From assembly GCA_036172245.1 (NCBI GenBank), contig JAYWIR010000003.1, positions 5,146,001 through 5,210,000 on the forward strand: DNA of 64,000 bases. Reading direction: 5' to 3'. This stretch comes from Raillietiella orientalis (Eukaryota). The translations under genes and the position numbers were made by a program. The notes under the pieces were generated by a model, which was not told the DNA's origin, did no database searches, and saw only the letters and a list, made by a program, of their open reading frames with translations. Shown piece by piece: positions 43,901 through 56,200 of the stretch (its first letter is position 1; each line of letters starts with the position of its first letter).

Positions 43901-45249
43901 CTAACTGTGCGACCAGACTGGAGGGACTCCAAAAACTTTATCCTCTTTCAGTAGGTTCGTGAGTTGCAGTGAGCGCAGACGTTGGTTATGACGTAGTCGA
44001 TCGAGTCGGACCACCTGAGTACAAGCCGGCCTACTCGACCGACCTCGTCAAAGCAGACGCATCTCATTGCCTGTGTTATTTGCGGCTTGAGGAGAAACGT
44101 GAATGTGCGCAGAGCAGCATCTCACCTCAAGCGTTCCTCCTGAGAAGCTGTTCGACTTCCTGCATCATCATCATCTGCTTGGAAACTGTGCATCTCCTGC
44201 AGTAAAAATCTGAGACTCCTCGATGCTGCTCCTCTTCGCGTTGTTCCACAGGCTGTTGGTGTTCTGTACGACCAGATGGATCACGAGTGAGGAGGCTGAC
44301 TCTACCACTGTTCCCAGCAATTTCCTTCTTTGTCCGGCTTTCTACGTGGCGGGGCACGTCCTAAAGACTCCGGGACTGGAAACGGCACTGGAGTCCTTGG
44401 CCTCCTAGGAGTCATCTATTCTGTCCTCCCCTCAGCTTCGTATCTCTCTGAAGAGTCTGGAATTTCCACTGCTTAGGCTTCCTCCAGCGATGCGTCGGGA
44501 TGAATTGCACTGCCCAATGTTGACCTACTTCGCGTCGATCTCCTCCCAGGGACTTTCGAACGCAATCCGTTGGTAGGTCCGCACGGCCATTTCGCGTCTG
44601 TGCACTCCATTTCTGAGTCGGACGCTGCCGTATCAGCACGAGTTCGTGGAGATGTCATGTAGGGCTTCCGTCTTCTACTGGAGGAGTCAGCTCCTGGTGC
44701 GTCACCTGCAAGTAGGGAGACCACGTTTGCCTCAGTGTCTCCACCTGCAGGCTTTCCTCCATGGAGGAAATTTTCGATGACCTTCGTGGAGGTCATCGAG
44801 GTCATCTCGACTTGCGTGGTCATTTCCGTCGAGAGGAAAGTTTTTACTACGGCAACTGCATTCCCTCAAGGCTTGCGTCTTTTTCTCCTTCGCTCGCCCC
44901 TTCCCGTTTGGGAGAAGGAGCTTTCTTTGAATCGTCGCCCGCACAAGTGTTGACAGCACCGGATGCAGCGCTTGTTTGTGCCGACAGAGTAGCTGCCAGA
45001 GTGGAGATATCTTTTTTATCTCTCATGTTCTTTGCCAGTTACCTCTGTTTCCGCTTTCGGTGCTTTTCGCTGCCTCAATCCTGCACGTGGCTCTCACGTG
45101 TCCCAGCTGATCTTAGAGGATGCACTGGATTTTCGGGGAAAACTTCACGTGCAAACACATCTTCACGTGTCCCGAAGACTTGCAGATCCCACGAAATTCG
45201 GGCTTTCCAGCGTACTCGACATCGACGATTTGTCGTCGATGCATGGTTC

Positions 45250-46640
45250 ATGCGGGATGCCCAATTTGTCTGGTACTGTCATCCGCGCTCCGATCAGCCC
45301 ACTGAACACCTTAAATGGACAGTGGGGTGTCATTTTGCGTCCGATCGCATGCCGAAATTGTTCGATTAGGACGCCGTGGCGCCTTTCGAGATGGCGATGT
45401 CCTTTAGATGGACACTATCGACTTGTCTTTGTGTGAAACCTCCTTTGATGAGGGCTGAGCGAATTGACTAGGGGGCGAACCAACACTGCATTTGTGCAGA
45501 AGAGTGCCACACCTTTGGCGCCACCGCGAATAACCAGCGCGTGGAAATCGTAGCGCGCACTCCGATGCGTTCCTTAACGAGCTTCATGTAAACTGATTTG
45601 CAAATCTTCCCTACCCTGTATCTGAGGGCAAGGCAAACTGCCCTTGCTCCACCCTGATCCTGGTCTCCACATCCGAAGTTTGTGGACTTTTGGCCGAAGG
45701 TGCGACTGCCGTCCAGAATTCCCCGATGCCGATGTGGCATTCGGTCCAGACACAGTCCAGTCTCCAAGTCTGGCCTGCTTCTCCGGTTTTGTGAGTAGGC
45801 TCCATGACATCGCTTACTAAGGAAGTAGAGCAGTCCCCGCCGATCTCTCAAGAGGCCAACGACCTCTTCAGACGAGAAGTCACTACACTAGCTCAAAGGA
45901 AATGCAATCATTTCGAGGAAGGGCTCGTGAAACAGCGCGCGTACTCTCCCGCTTGAGAACTCAGGAACTTGGTATAAAGCCTCAAGTAATGGAGAAGCCT
46001 GGGACAGGAAGAAGCTTTCATTACATCTGGCTTCGGTCACGGATGAAGACCTTATTCGTTCTCCGACCTTATTCATTCGTCTGGTATTTGATGCTTGGTG
46101 GGCTCTTGTGGGACCCAGACCAAATGTTTTCTTCCTAGGTATCCACATGCACTGTCGAACTTGAGCACAGGAATGTCCCTTCGCCAATCCCGGATGTGTC
46201 TTTCGTTGTACTCCTTGGTGGCGCGGTCATGAACCGCAAGAAGCTGTGTGTGCCAGGATCCGTAGTCAGCCTCGCTTTTGTGATGCGAGTTGCCGAGCAC
46301 GCGTCCTGCCCGGCTCTTGAGGATTCGAATGTTCCTTGTAGTCTGAGAGTCCTCTTGTCTCACTCCATCGCTCTTTTTCCAGACGAAGGGCATCATGACT
46401 TTTGTTTCCTTCCTCTTTTCGACTAATGCAGATGTTTGTTTTGTGTAAGATGGCACGCCTATGTATTTTCTTTGTTTTGTTTTGTGAACAAGTGCTGCTC
46501 TCGAGTGTTCGAGGGAAAAGCACCGTTTGAACTCTTCGCCTCCTAACCCCCCTGCACTGGTTTTTGCATGCCACTGAATACGGTTTATCACATCCTTTTT
46601 GCTGGCGGAGGACATTCCCACATTCGGGTATGTCACGTTT
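45250..46640 (-). mobile_element. Degenerate non-LTR retrotransposon RT relic; boundaries approximate
   Basis: Minus strand: RQQKGC (~QKG), DGVRQEDS (~GVRQGD), IPVLKFDSACGYLG (~IP.L....YKYLG), and a Cys-containing knuckle-like remnant near 45330. Confidence 0.5.
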
Positions 46641-49600
46641 ATGCTTTAAGAAGCTCAGAGAGGACGTGACAGTTACAAGATTTAAGTGTTTGGAGTAGCA
46701 CCACATGAGCGGACTATTGTGTGCCCATAAGATTAGACCCAAACTGTCTACACTTATGCAACGTCAAGGGATGAATTCAATGAACGTGCTTCGCAACACT
46801 ACAACACGACTTATTTATTCGGTTCTGTGTGTTTCGACTTGAAGCGGCAGATTTCGAAAGGACCAGCCAATGGGAAGAAAAGAGGTTGTAGAAACACGAG
46901 TCAATTGTTCTAAAAGTTCACACACATTCTGTGGACTCAATTGAAGAGGTCCATTGTTCCCAGCAGAACAAAGGGTCAAATCAGAGTTCAAAGTCGAAGT
47001 ATTCCTTCTTTTTGAAATACTTCTTTTTCAATCGCGTTGCCAGAAACCACTCCACTCCAGTTCTCGTAAAGTTCCCGTCTTCTGTGTCCTGGTTTAGTAC
47101 AGTCTCAGGCGCGCGCCGGCCGGTACGCTCACCATGGCAGGCTGAAAGCCGGCTGTGTCAGCGCCGGCGGGTTCTAGCTGTGCTACCAAAGTGCAGAAGC
47201 AGGCCACAGTGTCACACGGCCGCCATGGGCCAACCAAACTGGCTCGGCGCTGCGTGCCTTCCGTCAAGCTGTGGTATCGTTCTATAAGTCTTCCAGAGTC
47301 ACTCCTTTCCTAAAGGCTCACTCTACTCTTACTTTGGAAACAGCAACTCATGGTAATAACATGGATTCCTAAGCTATCATTCAGGTATCGGAACGTATCA
47401 CATGTACCAATGAGTGTAATCCATTTTGCTCCCCCTCTCTGATCCATATATTACATGAGCATGCATCAAAGGTCATACGAGCAGCAATGTGATTGCTGAT
47501 TCTCACATTCTCATCATGCCTCACAGCATCCCATCTCTGTCTTGTAACCTCATTCCTTTTCACCATTCCTTGTACTTCCACTAGGCAGTTTTATAGCAAC
47601 AGCCGCAGTTTCCACCAGCTCTGTTAAGAGTTCGTCAGTTTTCCCTTCCTTCAGCCCTCAAGTCAGTTAGGATCAACTGACTCAGGGTATGAAGCACGTA
47701 ACAAGATCATCGAGACTCCGATACTCGCAGTATGGAGACCAAGGTTTTCTAATCTAGCTTGGAGCTTCCAGTTTACCCTCTCCAGATTCTATACAGCTTG
47801 CAATTAGCAATCGCTCTGGATTGCGCCAATCTACACTAGAAGCGTGTAGAAATGTTCAGCCCCATGGAAGCCCGTTGCTTACTATGGCATACCGTGCATC
47901 AGCTTGAATCTTACTTCCAGCATTGAGCTGTGTTGAGTTCAGGTTACTTTTCAGATCGCAGCATCTCCTATAAGACCCCTTCAGTGCGAGGATCCATCCT
48001 TACCCCAGGAAGGTCTTAAATCACCGCCTCTTCCCAAGTCACACTCTTTCAATGGCTTCGAAGAACCTGTTCTAAGGAATTTGTCTTTTCTAAGAAACGA
48101 TTGGCAGTTTCGTGCTAAGGCATTCGCATCAGCTCAAGGAACGTCTTACTGACAACTTGTGTAAACTACTTCTTGTACTACTGAAGTGAATGATTCTTAT
48201 ATCTCTCCACCTCGGTGATGCCAATGATTCCACATCTGTGTGTTAGTCAGCGACCTCATAGAAGTGGGTGGCGTTTTTGTGGCAGCAGCCTTCAGTCCGT
48301 TTAACAAATGCCCTGAGGTCACAATTTTAGGCAAGGCGGATGAGAGTTTCTTAAATTGAAAATTCATATGAATTAGGTCGTTTTTTATTTACTTTTCCCA
48401 ATAATTCCAAAGTCACAACCTTCTACTGCAGGCGGCTTGGAGTTGATCTTCAGGCCGACTTCCCTCCCCCCTGGATCTACGAGTTTGGTCATTTTGATGC
48501 TTTAGAAAAAGGTGGTGGAGGGTACCCAATAAATTCCCTCGAATTCCACCGGTCCGCACCTATTAGGTCGCTTCTCCTACTCGAGCACTCCGTGCAGAGA
48601 TGAGCTCAAATGAGCTTTGCTTAACGACAGTTGCATTCTTAAAACACCCAAGATGGCAATTGCATTAGAAGAATTAGAATAGAATTAGAAGGCAAGCCGA
48701 GAGACTACAGCCCTAATTAAAAAAACCACACTGATTCGTCACCTCTCGAGTGCATCAAATTTCAAGATTCATCACATCCTGCTGTCCACAGTTTGTTTTC
48801 TCCCGTCGATTGAACATTTATATTCAGGCGTAAAGGGTTCGCCTCTTTCATAGTTCCGAGAAAAACTGTTCGCACAGATGCGTAATTCTAAAAGTGGCGT
48901 GAATTTCCAAGGCATGTCGTTCTATAGAAGGATTTTCTTCTGTAGAAATACGGGAAGTTGGTCTTTGCAACTGCATCTAGCGCGAAGTGGGAACGTGGTT
49001 TTGTAAATGAATGCTGTCGAGCGCAAAACTTGAAGGACTGAGAACGGAGCACAGAGTGTCTGCAGCCACATCTCCAATTTCATTAGACACTCCAAGTTTG
49101 TTTTCGAATATCTTGAAGAGCTCTTGACACTCCTTCTCCTGTCTCACACTAGATGCCAGGGTTCATCGACTGAAGTGTGGGGAAAGGTCAAGCGATCGGG
49201 AAGCTGATTTTCCCGCAATCTGAGTCGTGTCGGAAAGGCAGTGATATGGCAGTAAGGGGGAGGAGGGAGGGAGCTGAGGGGGATCCTGAGCTTCTGCCAG
49301 ATGCCCGATCGCAAAGTCACGAAGATCACAGAGTTCTTTTCCATTTCAGGGACCGGGTTGCCTTGCGTGCCCACGGACATCTCTTCCTTGAGTTCCCGGA
49401 AACTCTGCGCGAAAAAACTCTGCGATCCTGCGCGCTGCTCGCAGTTTATTGGAATCCGACTTTACGAAATGAGCGATTTTCCCTGTAATCTTCCACTTAT
49501 TGGCTCCCCCTCCCCCTCTGGATTCTTCCCGAACAGATTAATACATTATCGCTCGCAGCTTCCATTGGTTGGCTATCCTGTTCAGAGTACATAGGAGATT

Positions 49601-50749
49601 ACTTTTGGTATTAAGTAGTGTTAAACTCATGATGCAAGGATTCTGCAGATGACCATCTCTAGATTGCATTCGTTCTGCATCGTCCTCTGATCTTGGAAGC
49701 AAATGATCGATCTGTCTCGTGATTTATTGTGCTGGAAACAATAATTTGCCAGCATGTCATACCGAAACGGAAAAAATATACTTGTGATGAGTACTTTTTT
49801 TACACATCAATAACTGAAGGCGAGCAGTTTCTATCTAGCAATGGAAGGGGGGTGGGGGCATAAAGTAAAAGGACCCAACGGGAAAAGGACGGATTTTTCG
49901 GAATGGATCCTGTTGTCAAAAGCTGAAAATGAAAAAAAAAAAAAAAATCGAGCCCTAAACGCAATCTGCATTGGCAAATCCGAACGCGGTGGGTGGGTTC
50001 ATCATGGGGTAGGTGTTTTGTCAGACGGGCCTTTCCGATGGGCCCACCCCTCAGCAATTTGAGTCCCCCCCTTCCCTTCCGTGCTCCATCCGTCTATCAC
50101 GATAATGAAACTGCTTCAATCTACCCTGCAAGCAGCCCAACACTGGGTGTCTAAAATTTTCTATCAGCGAATGGGAGTTTCAATGGGCAGCGGCTGCTGG
50201 GATGCAACAGGCAAGATTCGTAAACTGCGGACTCACCGTTGCTATTCTGATCCCAGTCGGGTCTGCTACTTTACACAGCATCTTAGAGTGGTGATCCTAC
50301 CTCGTAATTAATGCTGCGGGCAGCGATGAGGTGCGAAAAATTCACATCGACAGTCTCGGTAAAAAGAAGGAATAAGGAAAAACGGGATTTCAACGGATCG
50401 TTTCACCCGATTAGACCGTCAAATAATTCTTAAGCACTTCTTGGATACGGTCGCATTCGTGCAACGCAATGAAAAGCAATAATCTTGAATATCATCTAAA
50501 GGGTGTCCTTCTTTGTATTTCATGCGATGAAAATTGAAATGAATGAATCAGTTTCCGTTTTTCTTTCTGGTGCCACGAAACTGCAGCCGGCGCTCTGGTG
50601 GCTGCTGCGTGGCTACTCCTCTCGCGCGCGCCACCTGGCACTACGCGTTCAAATCTCCCCATGAAGGACCGACTCCGGGAATGGGCCCATCGTGCGTTTC
50701 GAGTCCCCTCCTTCCTCTGCTTGGTCCACGGGAATTCGGACATGGCGCT

Positions 50750-51550
50750 GGGATGACGGTTGTGCGTGTCGAGGACCGCATGCCGCCTCCGTCGACTAGC
50801 CAGAATAGGGAGTAAACTCTCCAGGCTCCCTTCCAGGAGACTCTGCGAGATTCCTCTCCAGGTTGCGTGCGTCATGGGATAGGACCCTATCTCAGGGTGT
50901 CGCCGTCGTGTCGTGGAGTCGTCTCTTCCTCGAGGGTGCTGCAAGAGCGCTATGTTCCGGGAAGACCTTCCGGGATTCTCTTCAGAGGAAGGAGAGAGCT
51001 CTTCTTCATGATTCCTTCGAAAACATCTAGAGAGGGAGTTCTCTCTTGGAGGTTTCCAAAGGTAAAGAGGAACGGACTCTATCCTGTGTTATTATTGGAG
51101 TTCTCCCTGACCGAGTTACGCGCGCCCCCCGGTGGCGTCGACCGTGTTTGAAGAGAGCCTCGTAAGCCCCCGTGTGGCGGCATCGTCGACCTTCTCCGAT
51201 GACTCTAAGACTGCGGGGACGGTTCTTGCGTCCTCAGCCAGACGCCCGAAAAAAGAAAAGCTGGAAGATCAGCAGAGGATAGAATGGGCCCCCAAGAGTT
51301 CTTCAGTGAAATGCATTTGAAATGATAAGTACCTTATGGTACTTGAACTGGATACAAAGATTAGCGCTCATTCCGGATCATTCTTTTATCCGCTGTGAGC
51401 CTCTTCGGAGAAAACGCCTCAACCCACTCCCAGTTTCAAGTCTCCGGAGAACGCTCAAGAACAAACTGCTCATCGTTGGTCTCACGTGCTCCGCAGAAGC
51501 GAGTCTTCCCGGGACCAGTCATCTTGAATACATCGCATCACTCCCTCATT
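50750..51550 (+). mobile_element. Degenerate non-LTR RT relic (clade unclear)
   Basis: In order: SSSRVLQERYVPGRPSGILF, KVKRNGLYPVLL (~GVKQG.L.P.L), TFSDDSK (~FADD.K), ...SSVKC. Confidence 0.4.
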
Positions 51551-52099
51551 CTGCCTCCCGAAGGAGCAACAGATGCTCAAAATGAATTGGGACGAAGAAA
51601 ATTCCCGAGGGGGAACACATGGAAACAAGGATGTTCATCTCCACTCCAACCACGTCTCGAATCAACGGAAGGTGGGGTGATGATTTTTTGTTGATGAGCT
51701 TTTCTTCGAGAAAGTTCTCATCATTCTCTTGTTCCTCTGGATTTCTAGATTTCCTCTGTCCCCGGACCAGGGCAGGTTCCCTACCGGCTTTTGCTCTTTG
51801 TTGAGTGGTAACCAGGAGGATCCTGATCCCAGATGCTGCTTACTTCGAGGTTGTCGAGTTCATATAGCTAATAAACCCCAAACGAGAATCTCATGTCATC
51901 ACGGAGACAAGATCATCCAGAGATGCCATTCCGCTATTGCAGCTACCGAATACTTGGAGCAGTCGTCTCCTGACGCGTTCCAAGGTCAGTTGTCGACGAC
52001 GTGGGCGCATGATTCGCAAGACGGTGGTTGAAAACGGAAACACACAACGTACCAGAGCGATCTACTGAGCTGGCCAGGATAATTCGGCATGGACCTTGA

Positions 52100-53290
52100 T
52101 CAACTTTTATTGCTTAGATTCACGATTGTACAACAAGTTACGGAAGGTGCTCTGAACATTCTCCCGGAACTCCTCCTCTGTTCATCTGGGACGCTCGTCT
52201 CCATTCGGCATGTTGCTTCCCCAGCTGCCTGTCCTCCTCGCGAGAGTTGACCGCTGGAGTTCTCCGGCTGCATCTGATTGTCGGTGTGGGCTGCATGGAT
52301 GTCGCTGGAGTACTGGATGCACGAGGCCACCATCCGGTGCCTCATCTTCTCCGAGTGGCTTTTTCGGAATTCCAAGATCCTGCAGCACTTCTTCGTTACC
52401 TGGATTCCAGGCTCCCAGAGAGCCGACGATGAAAGCATGAACCCGGAATTGTTTCCCCCCTCTGCTTAGCTGGAGGGCCACCTCCTTGTGTTTTCCTCCT
52501 AGCTGTGCTGAACGCCTCTCCTCCACCCTTTTACGGGCAGCAGACTTCCGGCACTGTCATCTGGCTTCCTTTTTGCATCATCAAGTCCGGTTTTCAGGGG
52601 GAACCGCTCCTGGTGCTCTTTGGTTAGTGGACACTAGAGTCTACTTTGCTTCATCCATGCTGATCATCTCTTGAATCGCGTCATGTCGCGCAATGGACAG
52701 ATGAAAGTGCCTCCTGCATCTGTTTAATATGTGAGACAACGTTTCGCCTTCCGTCAGGCAGAGCCGACACGCGCGTTCTTCCAGTTTCATCCTGGGCCCA
52801 GCCCTGACTGGTAGGACGTTTAGTCGGGCTGAGTGGATGAATCTGGAAACTCAAGTAATCTCCATCGGTGAGGAAGAAGTTTGAGGCGTGGTGTATGCCC
52901 ATACACTGCATGGCTTTCCCTTGGCTGATGTGTTTCTGGACCAGGGATTGCCATGCGTGTTCCCTTTGCAGTGCTCTCAAGCCAGAGGCAATCTTCCTTC
53001 TCGTGGTGCTGCTGAAGATGACGCCGTCGACCGCTATGTTGGGGTCTCCATCACATCAGACTCCCATCGAGCTTTTGCTCTTCTCGGGACCCTTCTTTCT
53101 TTGGACCAAAAGCTCTTTATGTCTCTGCCACGCTGTGAGAATTCTCCTGACGAAATGCCCGTCATGAAATCTCCGAGGTGCTCATCTGTTGGCGTTTCGA
53201 GGACCACCTCGTTTAGTGTGTTCTGAGCCAATCTCTTCACCTCATTGTCTGGGTAAGTGAGGAATGATATGGAGGAAGCCATCGGGCTAT
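52100..53290 (-). mobile_element. 5'-truncated NeSL/Utopia-like RLE non-LTR retrotransposon 3' end
   Basis: Minus strand: FLTYPDNEVKRLA...LGDFMTG; SQGKAMQCMGIHHASNFFLTDGDYLSF; an intact CCHC knuckle CRLCLTEGETLSHILNRC followed by RHDAIQ; a frameshifted LK-PDL; HAFIVGSLGAWNPGNEEVLQDLGI; KMRHRMVASCIQYSSDIH; and AATAAA at 52111-52106. Confidence 0.85.
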
Positions 53291-56200
53291 AATCAGCATC
53301 CAATACTCTGGCACTGTCTTCTCACATAAATGTTTCCAATTTTGAATCGTCAGGTGACTGTATCTGTCATACCACCCATTGGAGACCGCCTTGTGTAAGC
53401 GGTCCAGGAGGGAAAGGGCTACTCGTTCTTTAGAAACACAGCCATCTGATCTTCGTGCAGGAAGTGTCTGTTCTCACATGGGCTTCGTGTTATCAAGGTC
53501 TAAAGTGGTCGAAGTGAACCAGCAGCACTTTTCAAGCGAAGAGGGTTCCCTTCCCTCGGAAAGACTCGTGCCGAGTCGTGAAGGGGAATCCAATGTATCC
53601 TCAAGGATACGTTCATGACTAGGATAACACTGAATCATAACATGTTTGGGACTTTCATTACAATTATATATCCAAGCCACGGTATTATTAATTCACTTTT
53701 GCCCCTATTCCATTTTGTAATTTCCTCGTGAACCGGTGAAAACATACAGATGGCTGTTTCCTCTTCCTGAACTGGTTGTGTGTGTTCTGGAAGTTTCCCG
53801 AAACGACATTACAGAAACGACATTTGGCCGCAATGGTTTAGACTTCTCAAGAGCCCACACATTTCAGTCAGGTGATCGGCTTGGATGAAAATCATCACTT
53901 TCTGCAGGAAAGCATGCTTCATAGAACCACGATTCTAAAACAAAGAAGACGATTCTAAAAGATTGTCAACGACCTCGATGCTTTATCGAGGAAATCTTCC
54001 AGAGAAAGCTCGGAAAGAGCAGTCGTGTGGGTCGATTTTTGTTTTTGTTTTTCTTTCCTCCTTTTCTTCTTCTTCGTTCCTTTGGAAGGCAAGCAGATGC
54101 CCGATTCGAAGATGCAATTCATGTTCTTCCCCCCTTCTTTTTGGATTCCCAGTGTCCACCGCTCACAGCTCTCGATTCGATTACAAGAAAGCGGCAAGCG
54201 AGCAGCTTGATTTTACATCAGAAGACGGTTCGGTGAAAGGCGACGTAGAGATTCCCAGCCCATTCCGCATGGAGCCGTTGCCAGGACCATCGTTCAAGAC
54301 TCTTGGAACAGCGTCTTTTCCCCCCGCTTTAAATTCCGTTTCATTTCTCTGGATACGTTGCGCAGGTGTCGTGCCAGGCAACTGCATCTGATAAGTCGCA
54401 AGCCTCTGCGATGCTGAATCACCAAGAGGGAATCCAGGGTTTCGTATCGATGGCAACCATATTGCCTCCTGCATGTGGGTTCGCAGCGTGATGAGCATCC
54501 ACGGTAGGGAGACACTTTCCGCTGTACCAGCTGCTTGGGTGGCTGCAGCTGGAAAGTTCGAGAGCAGGAGGCATCTAAGGTTCGGGGATGGTGTTTCTAC
54601 AGGGAGCCGGCTTCCGAACATCCGTAAACATCCTGCGGTGCACGGCGATATCGAGACTGCCGTCGGTTTCGTGGTGGTTGCGTGCCGTTGCCAATCGATC
54701 ACCGGCAAACTACGACTCGCGTGCGGAACAGATGACCTTTTTCTTGGGCTCCTGCATTCCCCTTTGCCTTTCTTGATGGGAACGGTGGTGCGCATCCAAT
54801 GCACAGATAGCGCTCGAGTTGCACTTCTCATTCTGAACTAGCTTTGTGTTTCTTCTGCTGGATTAGTCAGACCTTCCCGACTTTTTCTTTGATAAAAGGA
54901 AGGAAAGGAAGAGAGAAAGAGAGAGGGATCCTCGTTATCTATCCCTGTCGTAAACGTGTTCTATTGTGCCTGATCTGTTACAACTCCAGGATGCCACCAC
55001 ATGTGACGGGAGTGTGCTGACCCTGCCGCGCAATTGCATTTTAACAGGACCCGCTTGGCCACATCTGAAACAGAACCTACAAACGTAGGACGCGGGCAGA
55101 TTGGGTACAGTAATTCCAATAAATAATTAAGACATAGCAGGTCTGTGCCGGGATGATGCAAAGAAGGTAACAGACGCCGAGAAAATGGTGATTCCAGTCA
55201 CGCTGGTGGCCTCAAATCTCGGATTAGATTATTTGTATTCAAAAGGAACGGATGAATTGTTCAGAATGTGAGGAGGAGGGGAGGGAAGAAAGGATTGGAT
55301 ATCGCTGAAGATTCTGGATTCCTGCATCTTTTTGTATGTTAAACGTGCTTCGGATTCAAATTAACTTCCCGTTATTTTTATGGGAATAAAACATCGGCGA
55401 GGTTCGAAGCGAACATTTTCGCCATAATTTACAAAATTACTGGGATTTCAGGAATACGATTTCGTCACGTGTGCCTTGACCTTACCATTTTCCGAGGTTT
55501 CATCCATATATAAGATTTTCTATTAGAAATGCCGCCGACAGTGGTATGAGCTGTGTATCTGCGCATTTGCGAATGTCAATATGAAGCAACTTTTTCCCCT
55601 TTTGTGCTCATCTCTTCTGGTAAGTAATTCCTTTAACCGGTCTTGATGGCGAGTTTCCTTTTTAAAACAATTTGTGTTTTGGAAAGGGAAAAAAAAAAAA
55701 AAAAAATCCAGGGACCGTGCTGGAATGGAGGCTCCGTGCCTCCTCATACCATAAGGTTCACTCGATGCTAAAACGCATGCTCCGTCTCGTGAAGAACCAC
55801 GCCCCGTGCTGCCTGTTGCGAATTGCAGAATCGCTGCACGTGTGGGAAAGATGCACTGGAGAAGTTCCTTCCAGTAGGAAGAGTTCCCCAGCGCCTTCTC
55901 CTGTAGCCCTACAGCAGAACGGGATTGTGGAATGATGTACAGGCGGATCGCGAAGCCTATCCCGAGGGCAACCAACTCGAGGTTTCGCTCCCGGGGGTGC
56001 TTGGTGCTCTCGGAAATTCCCAGGATTAGGGCGATGCTTGGCATGGGGCAAAAATGTTCGGTGTACGTGACTTTCCAAGTGCCTCGCAGAGAAACACCAT
56101 GATCGAAACACCCTCAGTTTCCCCTCGGTGCACGTCCTCGTCTCGGCTCGAAGTCTCGCTTTCTCCGTCCGAGGAGTGAATGAGCGTCACGAACCACGTG

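Noticed and set aside
47104..47190. GC-rich palindromic patch upstream of the 45-46.6 kb relic considered as an HDV-like ribozyme
   Set aside because: The nested double-pseudoknot pairing could not be assigned by eye.
53147..53175. CTGACGA...GAAA hammerhead-like core
   Set aside because: Stems I and III cannot be formed convincingly, and it lies antisense within a retroelement coding remnant.
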